A stretch of DNA of 64,000 nucleotides from Rhizophagus irregularis (lineage: Eukaryota), in the NCBI RefSeq assembly GCF_026210795.1, contig NC_089436.1:310001-374000 (forward strand), given 5' to 3'. Below the pieces are notes generated by a model. It searched no databases. It was not told the origin of the DNA and saw nothing but the letters and a program-made list of their open reading frames with translations. The position numbers and the translations under genes are program-made. Positions 12,345 through 25,700 of this stretch are shown here, one piece after another (within the stretch, counting starts at the first letter, position 1; the number at the start of each line of letters is the position of its first letter).

Positions 12345-14492
12345 ATGATAGCTTCAGTAAATTGTTTAATTCTAGGAGAAGCTTCTGATAATAATTTCAA
12401 CGTTGTCGTTGGCGAAGTATACACCAATGATGATAAAATTGATGTCGCCTTTGATCAATTTACTGTTTCAAACTTCAAAGAGCTTCTCTATCGTAGGAAA
12501 AAAGTAAAAAGGGTAGTTCAAGATCCTGACAGTATGTATCTTTATAAAGTTGAAGTTGAACTTTCGAGCATTATAAATAAAATTTATACAAAAGATGAAA
12601 TTAAAGATCTTGGCGCGAAGATGCAACCTGGGATTGAATTTAAAGAATATTTCGATAATGACAAAAAAAACCAAAGCGAAGATGCCTTCATATCTTCATA
12701 GTCCCTGCCATTGTAGCCCCCGCCACTGGTAAGTGTTTCCCTCTCGAACAAGAAATTTGCAGTTATCACTCGTTGTCATATTCGTTTTCTCACTATCATC
12801 ATTTTTTTTTTTCAAAACCAATTAGATCTTGAAAGAAAAAGAAAAGCGGGTAAGAATGCGTCATTGTTATAGTTGCATTACCAGTTTGTTCTGTCATTTA
12901 CCAATAATGTTTCTTCTCTACATTCATAGTCCAAGACGTCGGTGGTGAAGTTCTTAGAAAACTTATAAAGAGAACTAGGCTGACAATTCCAGAAATTGGA
13001 TCTCTTTCAGAACTCCTTGATGGGGAACTCTCCGAAGATATTAAGATACCTATCTCCCAAAATGAAATTGATTTGTTACAATCAAAAAATGTCACAGTTC
13101 TCTGCAGTCTAGATGATCTTAGAGTCTTATTCCGAGTTAGTGATACTGAAAGCGCCACCGATTTCTGTATTCGTGCGATATTCTCACCTATCTTAAACGA
13201 TAAAATTCCTCCAGATGATGGAACCGAATATTCCTTTGTTGGATTATGGGACAATTGCATTAGAAACCTTTTGGAATATCTCATTCCCGACGGTGTATCT
13301 ATTCGAAATTGTAGTAAATTTTCGAGTACAAGAGATGATCGACCTGACTATGGTCTAATCCTTAATAATGTTTGCCTATTTAGGGGAGAGGAAAAATCAC
13401 CTACCAGCACTGAGGATCCAAAATCAGAACTTGGGAGAAAATTTTTATGGACCTATGATCCAGCTCCGTATGTCTTAGGTAAGATCTCGTGTCTGTTTCA
13501 AGACGTGCTACATACTAAACGTGATTTGCAATCACAGGTTACTATACCCATGGACCTCAAGTAACGTTCGTTGCTATTTGCCGACCTGTAGGGGGTTATG
13601 CTATACCAGATGTTGTTGACATCGTGCAATCAAACTTAAAGTTCAGGAGTGAACGTGTCCGTCATCTGCTAAGAATAATCAATTTAAGCTGTATTATTAA
13701 TGCGCTTCAGCCAGTGATTGGAAGACGTGGAATACCCGAGTTCAAACCAGTATATAGGTGAGATAAGGGATCTACTTCTTTCAAAATATCTTATCGTTTT
13801 TTTTATCCATTATGTTGCAGAAATGATCGTATGATCGAAATACGTGGCACAGGTGTAAAAAAGACCTATCTTTTCGGAAATATCCAAACTCGCGTTCAAA
13901 AGCTCGTTAATCTTTATGAAAAATTGGTTAGGAAAGAAGTACCTAATATTGATCATCTTGATTGTTACAAAAAAGAAAGCGGTTCAGTGCATCTTTCTCC
14001 AAAAGGATTACAAGTTGTACCAAATAATCAGCAGGAATTGTTTGAAGCTATTATCTGTGTTCTGGAGGCACTTGTGGTAAGTATGTTAGCAATTTTTAGA
14101 TAGATACATTATTTATTCTTTTATAATATCTACAGGTTTTACATGATGATAATGATATATATCATCGGGATATCCGGTGGGATAATATTATTCGACGATA
14201 TGATGATCCATCAAAATGGTTTCTTATAGATTGGGATGATGCCACTGAATATCCAAATAGTACAGCGATGCATCTTACTACCGAGGAACATGCTCCGGAA
14301 GTATTCACTAGAAATCATCGTGGTGAAGTAATTAAGAATGCAAGCACTTGGATCACTAATCTTTCAGAAAAAATCACTGAATTCGGGGATCTTTTGCTAA
14401 GTCAAGATAGTACAAAGAGGCCATCTGCTAAGAAGGCTCTGAAAAAATTTAAAAAGATTAAAAAGAAAATTCTTGAAGAGCAAGTGAGATAA
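12345..14492 (+). CDS. Crinkler (CRN)-like effector: CRN N-terminal ubiquitin-like domain + REase-like domain + kinase-like domain; 6 exons; 1-nt frameshift in A8 run at 12663-12670
   Basis: N-terminus VNCLILGE..TVSNFKELL..LYKV, then LHIFIVP after frameshift correction. Mini-exon 12826-12849 reads DLERKRKA. RPDYGLILNNVCLFRGEEK is PD..ExK-like, and YHRDIRWDNII..FLIDWDDA..HAPEVF are kinase motifs. GT-AG introns start at 12729, 12850, ~13479, ~13758 and ~14077. Confidence 0.82.
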
Positions 14493-15059
14493 AATAGACA
14501 TTTCATAAACTAGAAAGGTTTTGCTTAGCAGAAATGCAATACAAATTTGTCTCTGTGTAAAGTTTTTTATATATTTAAACTTCACAATCACTCACGAAAT
14601 GTAATATAATTTTCATAAAAAATAAATCTGTTGCAATACATGATTTAACATACAGTGTGATTAAAAAATTAAAGTCGAATTAAGAAACTTTTATTATAAA
14701 TAAAAGTAATAATAATGGTAAAGAAGCAAGTGAAATGTATAATGGTATCAAGGAGAGGGGCCATTTAATGCAAGTCCCGGCAACATATTATTTCATTGCT
14801 CGTACATTTATGGTTCATTCATTCGGAAAAACAAACAATTAGCTTATTAAACATGCATTCGCATAGGTGTAACCGTGAACGATCAAAAATCACGTGCGCG
14901 TGAACAATTGTTCCCCGATCACTTTTGCCAAGAAAAAAATTTTTATTAATACATGCGAAAAATAAATACAAATATTCGGGACGTAGCCCGCGATACGTGA
15001 CGAAGTCTTTATGCTGTTATTATACATGCGATTGTTTTTTTTTCGAAAGAGATAAGACT

Positions 15060-16293
15060 ATCTTATTTATTTTCTGTTTTTTACCCGCTTCAATGATTCC
15101 GATTCAATCTGGCGATCAAACACCCACTTGATTTGCCCGAACAAGTTCTTATTGAGTTTTTCAAGCATAAGACTTTTATCGAACACTCTCATTAATGGGA
15201 AAAGTAAATGGTGTTCGCGAACTCAATAATACCTCGACATTTCCATTATCACTATCGTTATATTCGCCAGTAGTAACTAACTTAATTATGACCCAGTCGA
15301 CCCCTGTCGAAACAATACCATACATTACATCTTCACGCAAAGCCTCATTATATGTGCGTTTCTTTTTATTACGTTGAGACGAAGCTTGTAACTGAATTGC
15401 ATTCTGGCCAACACCCTGGTTAATATCCTCCCTTTTAGCCTCGGTAACGACAATAATCGTATCTCCAATCTTGATAACCCAATCCACTGGCCCTTTACCA
15501 TGACTTCCAGACAACTCATATTCTGGACATACTTTCACTTCACCATCATAACAAAAGGCAACGCCATGAAGAACGGAAGAAATAAATTCGCGCCTTGTTG
15601 CTTCGTTTGCACTAGTGACGTGAATGCAGGTCTTATGCTTCATAGCTATATCTTCCAAAACGTGCTCCAATATCTTTTCGTAATTGGCTGTGTCAGCTAA
15701 CTCTCCATCGAACCTGGGGAGATCATATAACTATCGGCTGTTAACCCGAATAACGTCTTGATTTGAGGAAGTGTCTACGACGAAAATTGCTGTTGCGCTA
15801 TAAAACATCCAAATTAATTTTTGTTGGCGTTATGTTACACCTATAGTAATTTATTCTCAAAAAATAGCAGAACGATACTCACATGTGTCCACGACGATTG
15901 GAAGATCCACCTTGAATCCTTGAGTACAGATTACACCCGCCAAATCCTCATCATCAACCAAACAAATAATTTCCTTTTCATTACCACCACACTCATGATT
16001 TATAACAATATTTTCATCCTCTGTCCCATCCGGAAATGTGAAACATGTGAAGCTAAGCTAAGACTTCAAAGCAGATAAGGTTATTTGTCCGCGGGTTATG
16101 GTCCACTGACTTTTTTGATTTACGCCCATAAGTTGCGGTGCAGTGAACTTCTTTCGTCTCAACAGGACGCTGTACGATTATATGTATGTGCTCGTCGGCT
16201 GGCTGGGAGGTAAAATGTTTGCTAATCTTTGAAAAAGGTGGAAGTTCCTCACCATCAAGCTCCTCCTTAATATTAACGTTTATTTTTGTGTTG
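15060..16293 (-). pseudogene. Crinkler-like gene with PD-(D/E)xK REase domain, 5'-truncated and frameshifted
   Basis: The minus strand gives NTKINVNIKEELDGEELPPFSKISKHFTSQPADEHIHIIVQRP (end of the CRN N-domain). Further on it gives NEATRREFISSVL..YELSGSHGKGPVDWVIKIGDTIIVVTEAKREDINQGVGQNAIQL..YGIVSTGVDW. There are frameshifts between segments. Confidence 0.8.
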
Positions 16294-16297
16294 GAGG

Positions 16298-16866
16298 TTA
16301 ATTGGCGATCCGGATAAGATCGGCACTATTTTCATATTAAAATTTGGGGCAACGTTCCGCACCTGGTTGGTAAAAAATAAGCAAATACTAAAATTGTAAA
16401 ATTTCTTATATAATTTGTAAAAGCAAGTTATATATGCAAAAAAAACAAAAGAATAAATTAAAAAAATGTATAGTTATTAATATAAAAAATGAGTTACATC
16501 ACGTAAACTTCAAATTTTACGTTTATATTACACAAATAATTGGCAAGAAATGCCCAAACTCTAGTTTCAAAAACCTGATGATAAAATTCAAGAAAATAGA
16601 ATAAGTTAAAATAAATATATATTTGTTATTAGAAAAAAAGAGTTTACATTGCACGCGCGTCAGATTCCACTTTATTTTGCATTTTTTTCAATATTGGTAA
16701 ATACTAAAATTGTGAAATCTGATTATTATTTTGTAAATTTATGCTATATATGTAAAAAAGGTCAAGAAAGCATAATAAGCTAAAAAAAGTCATATATTAT
16801 ATTGCACTCAATGTACTGTACTGTACGTTCATCAAATTTCGTGGTCTTATCTGGATCGGCAATTAA
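16298..16866. mobile_element. TIR-bounded non-autonomous element abutting the truncated CRN gene
   Basis: TTAATTGGCGATCCGGATAAGA (left) vs reverse complement of the right end TTAATTGCCGATCCAGATAAGA, 20/22 match. The outer TTAA could be a TSD. Superfamily unresolved. Confidence 0.7.
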
Positions 16867-17509
16867 TTCAGCTTTAATTTGATTGTTTTGGAATTACAAT
16901 GACAAAATGTTTTCATTTTCATTATTTATGAGGAAATTCCTATAAAAAAAATTCTGGCATTGTTCCAGACACATGATTATTTTTCTGAAAATTTTTTTAT
17001 CCCTTAAATGATAGATAGCTATTGTTCTAAATTCCGCGGAATTTTCAGGATTTCCGCAGAGGATTCCATGGAATTTCATTGTATTACAGTTTAGATCGGC
17101 ACATGAGTAGTGGTAAATCGCAGCCAAATTTAGCTGCAAAACACTTTAAGGGATAGGGAATGTCAAGTGCTATAGCTAAGAGATAGAAGCTGGAATCGGC
17201 AGCTCAAGCTAATGAATTAGTTAAGAAACACCTTGCTAATTTTCAAATTAAAATTATTGAATCGTAGATTATGATAAATTATTGTACAACAGCAAAATGA
17301 GGAGTTTAGATAACAATCTGAAAAAGATGAATGCGAACAAAGATTTATCTGTATGAATATTGATTAATAATGTCATGACGTGTAAGACAAACATGCAACT
17401 CATTAATCATAATTTTTTATTTATTTAAACTGGATAAACAATTGTTAAATATATTATCGTAGAAATTGACATTATTGATTTTAAGATTATGTGCACCAAA
17501 ATTAAATAA

Positions 17510-18408
17510 CAAACCTTCTTAAATGAAAGAAAATTCATCATATAAATATAAATTTTATTTCTAAAGTACTGTAATTATACAGTACCTTTATAGTCCCATT
17601 ACTATATAAAACATGAAAATGAAAAGGATCTATATGCAAATAATTTTAAGGATTTTATATAAATTTAAACAAACTAGTTGGTGATGATTTGGTTAATATT
17701 TCAAATAACTTTTCCTAAATAAATAATGACCACTAGCATCGATAAACAATTCATTTAAGTATTGACAATTAATTAACAATGGTTTTAATTCTAAGATATT
17801 ACTATAATTAAGTATTAGTTTAAGATTCTTGGGGCAGTTTTGATAAATAGCTTGAATAAGACTCTTATTATCAATTTCATGATGACCTATTTTTTTTTAT
17901 TCAGAAAGAAATGTACTTTTAATTAAACTTGTTAATGCTTTCAATGAAACTTGATGAGTTATTAAATTTGTAAGAAAAGTAAAGATAAACAATTCAATTC
18001 CATTTTATAAGAATTATATTTCAATTTTAAACATTATATAGTATTTGCATGTGTAATCAATTAATTTAAAAGAATTTTAAGAAATGTTTCATCATTGTAC
18101 AAATTACTAACTAAATTAATCCTAGATAATTTCTTTTGAGCTTCGATCAATCCAATAATCCCATAATTTATACTGTCAATAAATTATGTTCTCCTGTATT
18201 ATTTCTCGATATGTCTGATAAATGTGAGATGATTGCTTTTAATAATAATAAATTTTCCTTATTTAAGATTTTCAAGGATTTTTCCATAAAATTGGAATAA
18301 TATTTCACATCAAGTTTTATTAACTAAAAGACATGAATGAAGAATTACTTTATCATCTTTAAATTGTTTGAATATTAAATATAGAATATCTCTATTTAAA
18401 TTAGACAT
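17510..18408 (-). pseudogene. F-box/LRR(RNI-like) family pseudogene (not in ORF track)
   Basis: From ATG 18408: MSNLNRDILYLIFKQFKDDKVILHSCLLVNKT*CEI..IPILWKNP*K. Later fragments: DNKSLIQAIYQNCPK, NILELKPLLINCQYLNELFI, KLFEILTKSSPTSLFKF. Stops, frameshifts and internal deletions are present. Confidence 0.8.
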
Positions 18409-19098
18409 AATTTTAAGATATAAAAAAAAAATTTGTTTTTTCATCAAAAATGTTCTCTGTTTGTGAACATTTTCTTCATAATACTGTGTTTTTGAGGATT
18501 TAATAAAGTATAGATCAGTTGAGAAATAAAGAAATTTCAGAGTCTTTAATATCTATGTCACTGATTGATTAGTGGACTAAAAAATATTATGGATGATAAA
18601 AAAAATTTCAATGAAATTACAAAATCGAAGATCTTGTAAATAAGACTCAAAGAAATAGAGAAACATTATAATTTATTTGTCTACTTTAATGAAATAAATA
18701 TAGAGCATAAAATGTCAAACTTATAAACAAAATTTTTAATTAATTACTTTAAAAAGCTTGAAACTTTTAGTTTCAAATATGTATATATCATTTGAAAAAA
18801 AAAAATACAGAATTACGAACATGATATATAATTAATTTATATTTAAATATCTCGCATTAGTAAGATTAATTATGTAAGTAATACTGTATTATATAATGAA
18901 AATTTTTCAATATTATCAATCTTTTTTTTTTTAACAAAAAAAATCAAACGAATGATTTAGGAAATTTATATGATTAAAGAGGAAGCATAAAATACATTTA
19001 TTTAATTCTTTATAATTGATTACAAACTGGGTCCATTTAATACACTATCTATAATTCTAGTAGTGATCAAATTATAAAACTACAACATAATATTTAAA

Positions 19099-22000
19099 TT
19101 ATTTCGCATGTTTTTCTTCTAATAATTTTTCTAATTTCTCTAATTTCTTTTCTAATTTTTCTAACTTATCTAAATTTTCTAATTTATTTTCTAATTTCTC
19201 TAACTTATCTAATTTTTCATCATGAGATTTTAATTTCTCCAATATTACCTCATTATTATTTTCTTTCAATAATTTCTCATGAGATTTTAATTCCTTCAAT
19301 ATTACCTCATTGTCAACAGGATTATGTTCAACTTGAAGTGCTTTGAATAAAATTTTCCGCATCTCTGTGAATTCCTTAGTATCCCATTCACCCTCTTTAA
19401 TCAATCTTTTGATTTCTACTCGAGCCTTATCAACATCGGCATAATAATGTCTTGAAAAATAAATTCGAATAATTAATAAAATCATAAAGTTTTTTTTTTA
19501 AAAGTAAAATTACATACATTACTTCAGGAAACCATGTATGCCAACGTCTTTGATTTGGTAATAGGTAAAATAACTCAATCTCAGCCAAAATCTAAAAGTT
19601 GAGTTATATTAGTATAATTTACAGAAATGGAATGATTAATAATATTATTGTTTACCTCTGCCTTCTGCATCAAATATGAGACTCTATTATTATCTTCTTC
19701 AATTGCTATATTGAGTAATCCAATTAACAAGTTCATAAGATATACAACAACTAAAAGGGAAAATAAAACAATCAATATTGCAATTGATGGATTTTCTGTA
19801 TATGTCCAATTGGATAATGCACTTGAATCACCTATTGATAAGAAGAATTGCTTAAAAATATTAGAAAATTTATCATGTATATTTACATAATTATGAAAAA
19901 TTTAAATATACCTATTAAAAATAAATATATAGCAAAAAGGGAAGTTTTAATATCCATAAACATGTTTGTATTTTCATCAGGAATTTGAATCATAAGTGGA
20001 TTTGAATTTATATTTCCATTATTATCAATTTGACTATAACTAGGAGCTAAATTCCAAGGATTATTTGGATCATCATTATTATTTGTATTATATTGTTCAA
20101 GTGAAAATACAGATTTTGGTGATAATAAAATATAAAATGCATGTGCAAAACTTATTATAATAATGAATAAGACTAATAAAAAAGAAAAAATCTTTTTTCC
20201 AACACTAATAATTATTGCAAAATATACACCAAAATATTCAAATGCTCTAAAAAATAACAAAAATTTTATATCCAAAAACAAGCATGAAAAAGAAAGCAAT
20301 TGAGTTAGATACTTATTATTGTTCTTATCATTTGTTTGAAGCCAATAAATAGAAGTGTAAATTGAAAGCACATAAGCAATTATATCTACAATATTAAAAT
20401 ATTATATAATTAATTTCTTTCTTAAATTATAGTAAAATAATTAAATCAAACATTTATATTTACCAAAAATATTCCAAAAATTATAGAACCACTTAGTAAT
20501 ATTATAAAAAAATTGACGAATTTCTAAAATCAGATGAATAAATCCAAGTATAATCGAAGCAATAAAAAGTTGTTGTCTGATTTCTTCATTAATGTATTGC
20601 TTAGGAATTGTTGCAGCAGTAGTAAAGCATCCAAGCAAAGCCATAAATAAAATCCAAATCATTGCATAATAATATTTTCCATAAGCATTCCATTTAAAAT
20701 TAATTAATGCCTCACCATTCCATGTTTTATAAATATTTCTATTTATTGTTTCAGTAAATGGACTAGGTTGTGGTCTAATTAATTCTAAAAACCAATTATA
20801 ATCTTTTGAATAATTAACAAAATTAATATAAGGAATCAAAAAAGTAATTGTTGGTGTTGTTGTTATATTTTTTTTAAAAATTTTAAAAATTTTTAATTCG
20901 GTATAGAAATAAATAGAAGAAAAATAATCTGAAGTGTAAATATTATTAACAAAATCGTATTTTGATAAAGCAAAATTAAGGGGTAAAGCTAAAAGTATTA
21001 TTAAAGTTTTAATAAAACGCTCAATTGCAGTTGGCAATAATGAAAGAATATTCACTCCGTAAAAACGTTTATAACGATATTTTGTCCATAAAAGAGATCG
21101 AGATAAATTAGCTATTTGAGGAGATTGAAAAAAAGAATTAAGATGGAAATTTTTATTTTGATGCTCTATACTATAAAAAGAAGAATCTATGACCATATTC
21201 GTTTCTGATGAATATTTTAGAATATATTCTGGATAATATTCATCTAGTAATGGCATTGCGGAAGTGATAATGCTTAAAAATGACTTATTGTTCATTAAAT
21301 CCTCTTTAAAATAAGTCATACATTTTTTATAAATAGCATCAATTAATTCTAACTTATGTTCTTTAATTGCAAATTTTAATAATTCAACTCCACATTTCAA
21401 AAAACTTGACTTATTATTCATTACATTTGAAACCCATCCATCTAATCTAAAACTATCATAATTTGGCAATGGCAAAGTATATTTTGAAAATATCCTTTTG
21501 TAATGTTGAAGTAATTTCATATATTTTCCAAGATTAGGACTATACCTTTTGAGATCCATAAAGTAAAAATAGTTTAAAAAAATAGATTTGTCTTTTTCAC
21601 TAAAAGTATAAATAAAAATACCAGATGTTGTCAATATAACAATATCATTGTTTTTAAGTAATGAGCTTGCAATTATTTTAGTATAAGGATAATCCACGAT
21701 TTTTGTGTTAATTGATTCCCATTTAGTATTAATTTTTTTGAAAACTTCCAGTTTATTTAGTTTAATTTCACCGTCACCGTCACCATCACCAACATGTACA
21801 TCCCATTTAATTAAATTTCCAGTTAATTCAATTGAATCTATATAATCATTTGAGGCTTTTTGAAATAATGTAGACACAGTATCCATATTATATAGATTAA
21901 ATGAAAGAACATTTAAGTATTCATCACATTCAACAATTTTATTATTTTCTTTATTTAATTCATCAGAATTTTCGGATGAAAAGTTCATCTTTGTCATCTT

Positions 22001-23300
22001 TTCGTCAAATTTAGATCTCCAAACACGTTCATTTAGGATTCCAAACACAAACTTTGGTTGATCATGAGTTGATTCATCAGTTGATTCATCAGTTGGTTCA
22101 TTAAATAAAGTTTGATTAAATCTATTTTTGTATTTATTGTTCCAGCAATAATTGATTTCTTTATCTGGGGTATAATAGAATAAAGAAGGTAAAAGAAATA
22201 AACCAGTATGATTCATAAAATTAAGGAGTCGAATATCTAAAAATAAAAATAATGATTTATATGAGTAATAATTAAAGTATAAATAAAACTTTTTAAAAAT
22301 AATTACCATCATTTATATCCAAAGAAGCAATAGGAATTCCCAATTCGATTGGATAAACGATGATTTTATCATTGATTTTTAGAAAAATCAACTTTTCATT
22401 ACTGAATATTCCGATATTTTTTGTTTCAAACTAAAAAAATAAATAGCATTTATATATTTAATTATAATTTAACATTGATTGGTTTGAAAATAAATTTTAT
22501 AATATTTATTACCTTATTCTTATCCTTATTATTAAAAGATATTTTTACACTTTTCTCAGTATTAATATTCCATTCATAAATGTAATCATTTGAAACCTTT
22601 GAAAATAGGTAAACTTTATCATATTTTGACATACTAATTATTTCATAATAATAAGGTATCCTGTAAAATCTCTTACATTCCCATTTGTTATTTTTAGTTT
22701 GTGTGGAATAAATCCAAATAATTTTATGACTTCCAGAAATATTATTAACGTAAAATTTACTATATAAAATAAATTCACCTTTTAAGTTAAAGGTACAATA
22801 ACAATCCTCTGTATGTTCAGATTCTGTTTTGAAACTTAATGCAATTTCTTTATCTTTATTATTCATATCGATTACTAAAAAAAAATATAAATAAATATCA
22901 ATTACCATAATTTAATAATTACATAATCAAATAATTATTACTTACCAACAGTATGATTTATAGTATGATATCCTCGTCTTTTTTTCTCATAAACATGAGC
23001 AAGTTTCTTATCATCAGAAATACACAAACTTTTGACAATATCTTCATTAGTTTTAACAGCTTGATCAAATTTAAGTTGAACCTTATCAATATCTTCAACA
23101 TTCCAACCGACAATTGAATGATCTTCTTTACTATAAGTAATAAGGTATTTTTCATTTGGTGATATTTCTATCATAGTAATAGGTTTACCATTATGTCGTT
23201 CATCATCGAAGGTAAATATCTTATCAACATCATTTTTATCAACTTCGATTTCGATTTTGTTATCATCATCGTTAACTTCGATTACTGAATTGTTACTCAT
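19099..23300 (-). CDS. TRP-like (Ion_trans) cation channel, 8 exons, with beta-propeller-like N-terminus and coiled-coil C-terminus
   Basis: Exons splice in frame. Motifs: WNGEALINFKWNAYGKYYY, FWNIFDIIAY, LFLDIKFLLFFRAFEYFGVYFAIIISVGKKIFSFL, pore region FMDIKTSLFAIYLFLIGDSSAL, and S6/TRP-box-like VVVYLMNLLIGLLNIAIEEDNNRVSYLMQKAEILAEIELFYLLP. N-terminal IEISPNEKYLITYSKEDHSIVGW is WD40-like. Confidence 0.88.
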
Positions 23301-24899
23301 TTGGTAATCGCTTATAAATATATAAATTTATTACCAAAGAAATTGTTTTTTTTTAAAATCGTCCATTTTGCGATTATATAGTTTTTTTTTTATTTGAAAC
23401 ACGTGTAAATATGCATGATTGTACGTACATAAAAAAAGAATTTTTTTCTTTTTATTGTGAAAAGCTAATTGAGCAATGATCAACTTTCGACATTAAAAAA
23501 TTTTTCGTGATTAATTTTTAAGTATTCTTTTTTTTGTGCGTGGTTGTACATATGTATATATATAAGGAAATCTCAAGCTTTTCTAAAAACGACACTTTTC
23601 TTTTTTCGGTAACTAAATACAATAATAATCTGAAGTACATATTGTTTGACATTAAACACCATATTGTTTGAATTTTAAGTACAAAGCATTTGGCGTTAAA
23701 TGTTAAGTGTTTATCATTAAATGTAAATCTTTTGAATTTTATAAATAATTATAATTTTTCTAAAAAGGAAATATACCTCTTTTTTGGGACTTTCGAAAAA
23801 GAGAATTTCTTTTATAGATAAATTTACACCATTTGAATTCTAACTAAATATGAAAAATTATTTCCACTGTTTGACAGTAACACCAAATCATTTGATTTTC
23901 ACAGTTAACCTTAAATGTCAAACAACTTAACTCTCAACGTTAAACTTCTGTTCATTGGAGAAATTCTTATTAGGAAAATGATTACGTACTTATGATTACG
24001 AATGTAGCAAATATAGATTTTTGGATCAACCACAGGATGTAGAACTACCAACGAAAGAAATTTTGTAACCGAGTACAATCGAAGAAAGACAACGTAACGA
24101 TAGACGAAGTGATGAATATAGCTAGTAACAAGTAAAAAATTACAAAAAGACAACGTTACTACGGAAGAGGTCATGAAAATTATTAAAGAGAGGAAGAGTA
24201 GGAAAGGAAAGTAGAACAAATTTTTTATAAACGTTATGTCTCACCACCGTTAATTATGTCAAGAAAAAAAGTCTTAGAAGAGTATGCATCGTCGAAAATC
24301 GAGGAATTGAAGAAGATTTTTAAGGAATGTGGAGAAGAAATGTGATGGGAGAAGATAGAAATGAATGTGAATAAGGAATTGGAATCTTTGTGTAGATATT
24401 TAGAGAAAGAGGAATGGTCAGTTAGACTCAAAGAAAAAATTATTAGAACTGCGGAATCACATGACGTGATACTAAAATTTACGTCGTTAAATAATAGTTT
24501 TTCAAAAAGAGTTAAGGAGGAGAATAGGGAATTAAATGAAAAGAATATAAATGAAAAGCGAGTGACTAAGAGTCCAAAAGAAAGGGAATGCCAGAAGAGA
24601 TGGGGAGTGGAAGATCGAGAATAATCTAGAATAGATTAATTAAATCCTAGTTGAAGTCACGTAATTTTACGCTATAAAAATTACCAACAAATTTAGAGAG
24701 AGTTTTTTGTGTGGGATTAATAATGGATTATATATTTTTTTTTTTTACAATAATATTTCTATGAATATAGCTAACCTTGATAATTTTATATAATTTATAT
24801 AATTTACCCATGGCCACCTCATTATTAAATTCTTAAAGTTTATTGGCTAATTAATGTGCTGATCATTTCTTATGTTTATTTTTTTTTTTAAACGTACTC

Positions 24900-25700
24900 G
24901 GATAATCTTTTTTCTTTCACTCCTTTGCACGGCACTTAAGGTACGTTTTCTTTCTTTTTTTTCATTTTTGCTTCTTGCATTTTGTTTCCTACTAACTTTA
25001 TTTCATTTTTTTAGGTCCTTTGGCTCTTTCGGTTTCGCAATTAAGATATGTCAAGCACTACATGGCTTATTTTTTATTTCATTCTTATATTTAGTTTCTT
25101 GCATTTTGTATTTCGTTCTTTTTAAGTCTTTCAGTTCTTCTCTGCAATTACTAAAGTATGTTTTTATTTTTTGTTTTCGTTTATTTATTACATGTAATTT
25201 CTGTTCCCTACTAACTTTATTTCTTCTTTTATTTTATGGGTTTGGTTTTTACTTGGTCCCCGGTTTATCTCATTTTCGTCCCTTCTCCATTTTTTTGCTC
25301 TCTTTTTGTCCCTTCATTTCTTTTGCTTTTTTTATTCTTCCCTTCCTTCGTTTTTTCCTTTGTTTTTATTTCCTTTTCGTTCCTTTCATTTTTTATCGTT
25401 TCCACTTTTTTTTTGTTTCCATTTTGTTTTTTCCGTTCCTTTCTTTTTTTTCGTTCCCATTTCGTCTTTTTCATTCCTTTACACTACCCTTCATTCCTTT
25501 CATTTTTATTCCATTCCCACTTGATCTTGTTCGTTCCTTTCGTTTCTTCACTCCCTTTACTCCATTTCGTTCCTCCTTCACTCTCCTTCGTTTCTTTCAT
25601 TCCCTTACTCTCCCTATTTTTTCATTCACCCTCATTCTTTTTTCCCTTTTTCATTCACATATTCTATTTTTTATCATTGTAACTCATTTTTATCATTCCT
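24900..25700. repeat. Polypyrimidine low-complexity tract
   Basis: T/C-dominated sequence; the F/L/S-rich ORFs here are compositional artefacts. Confidence 0.8.
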
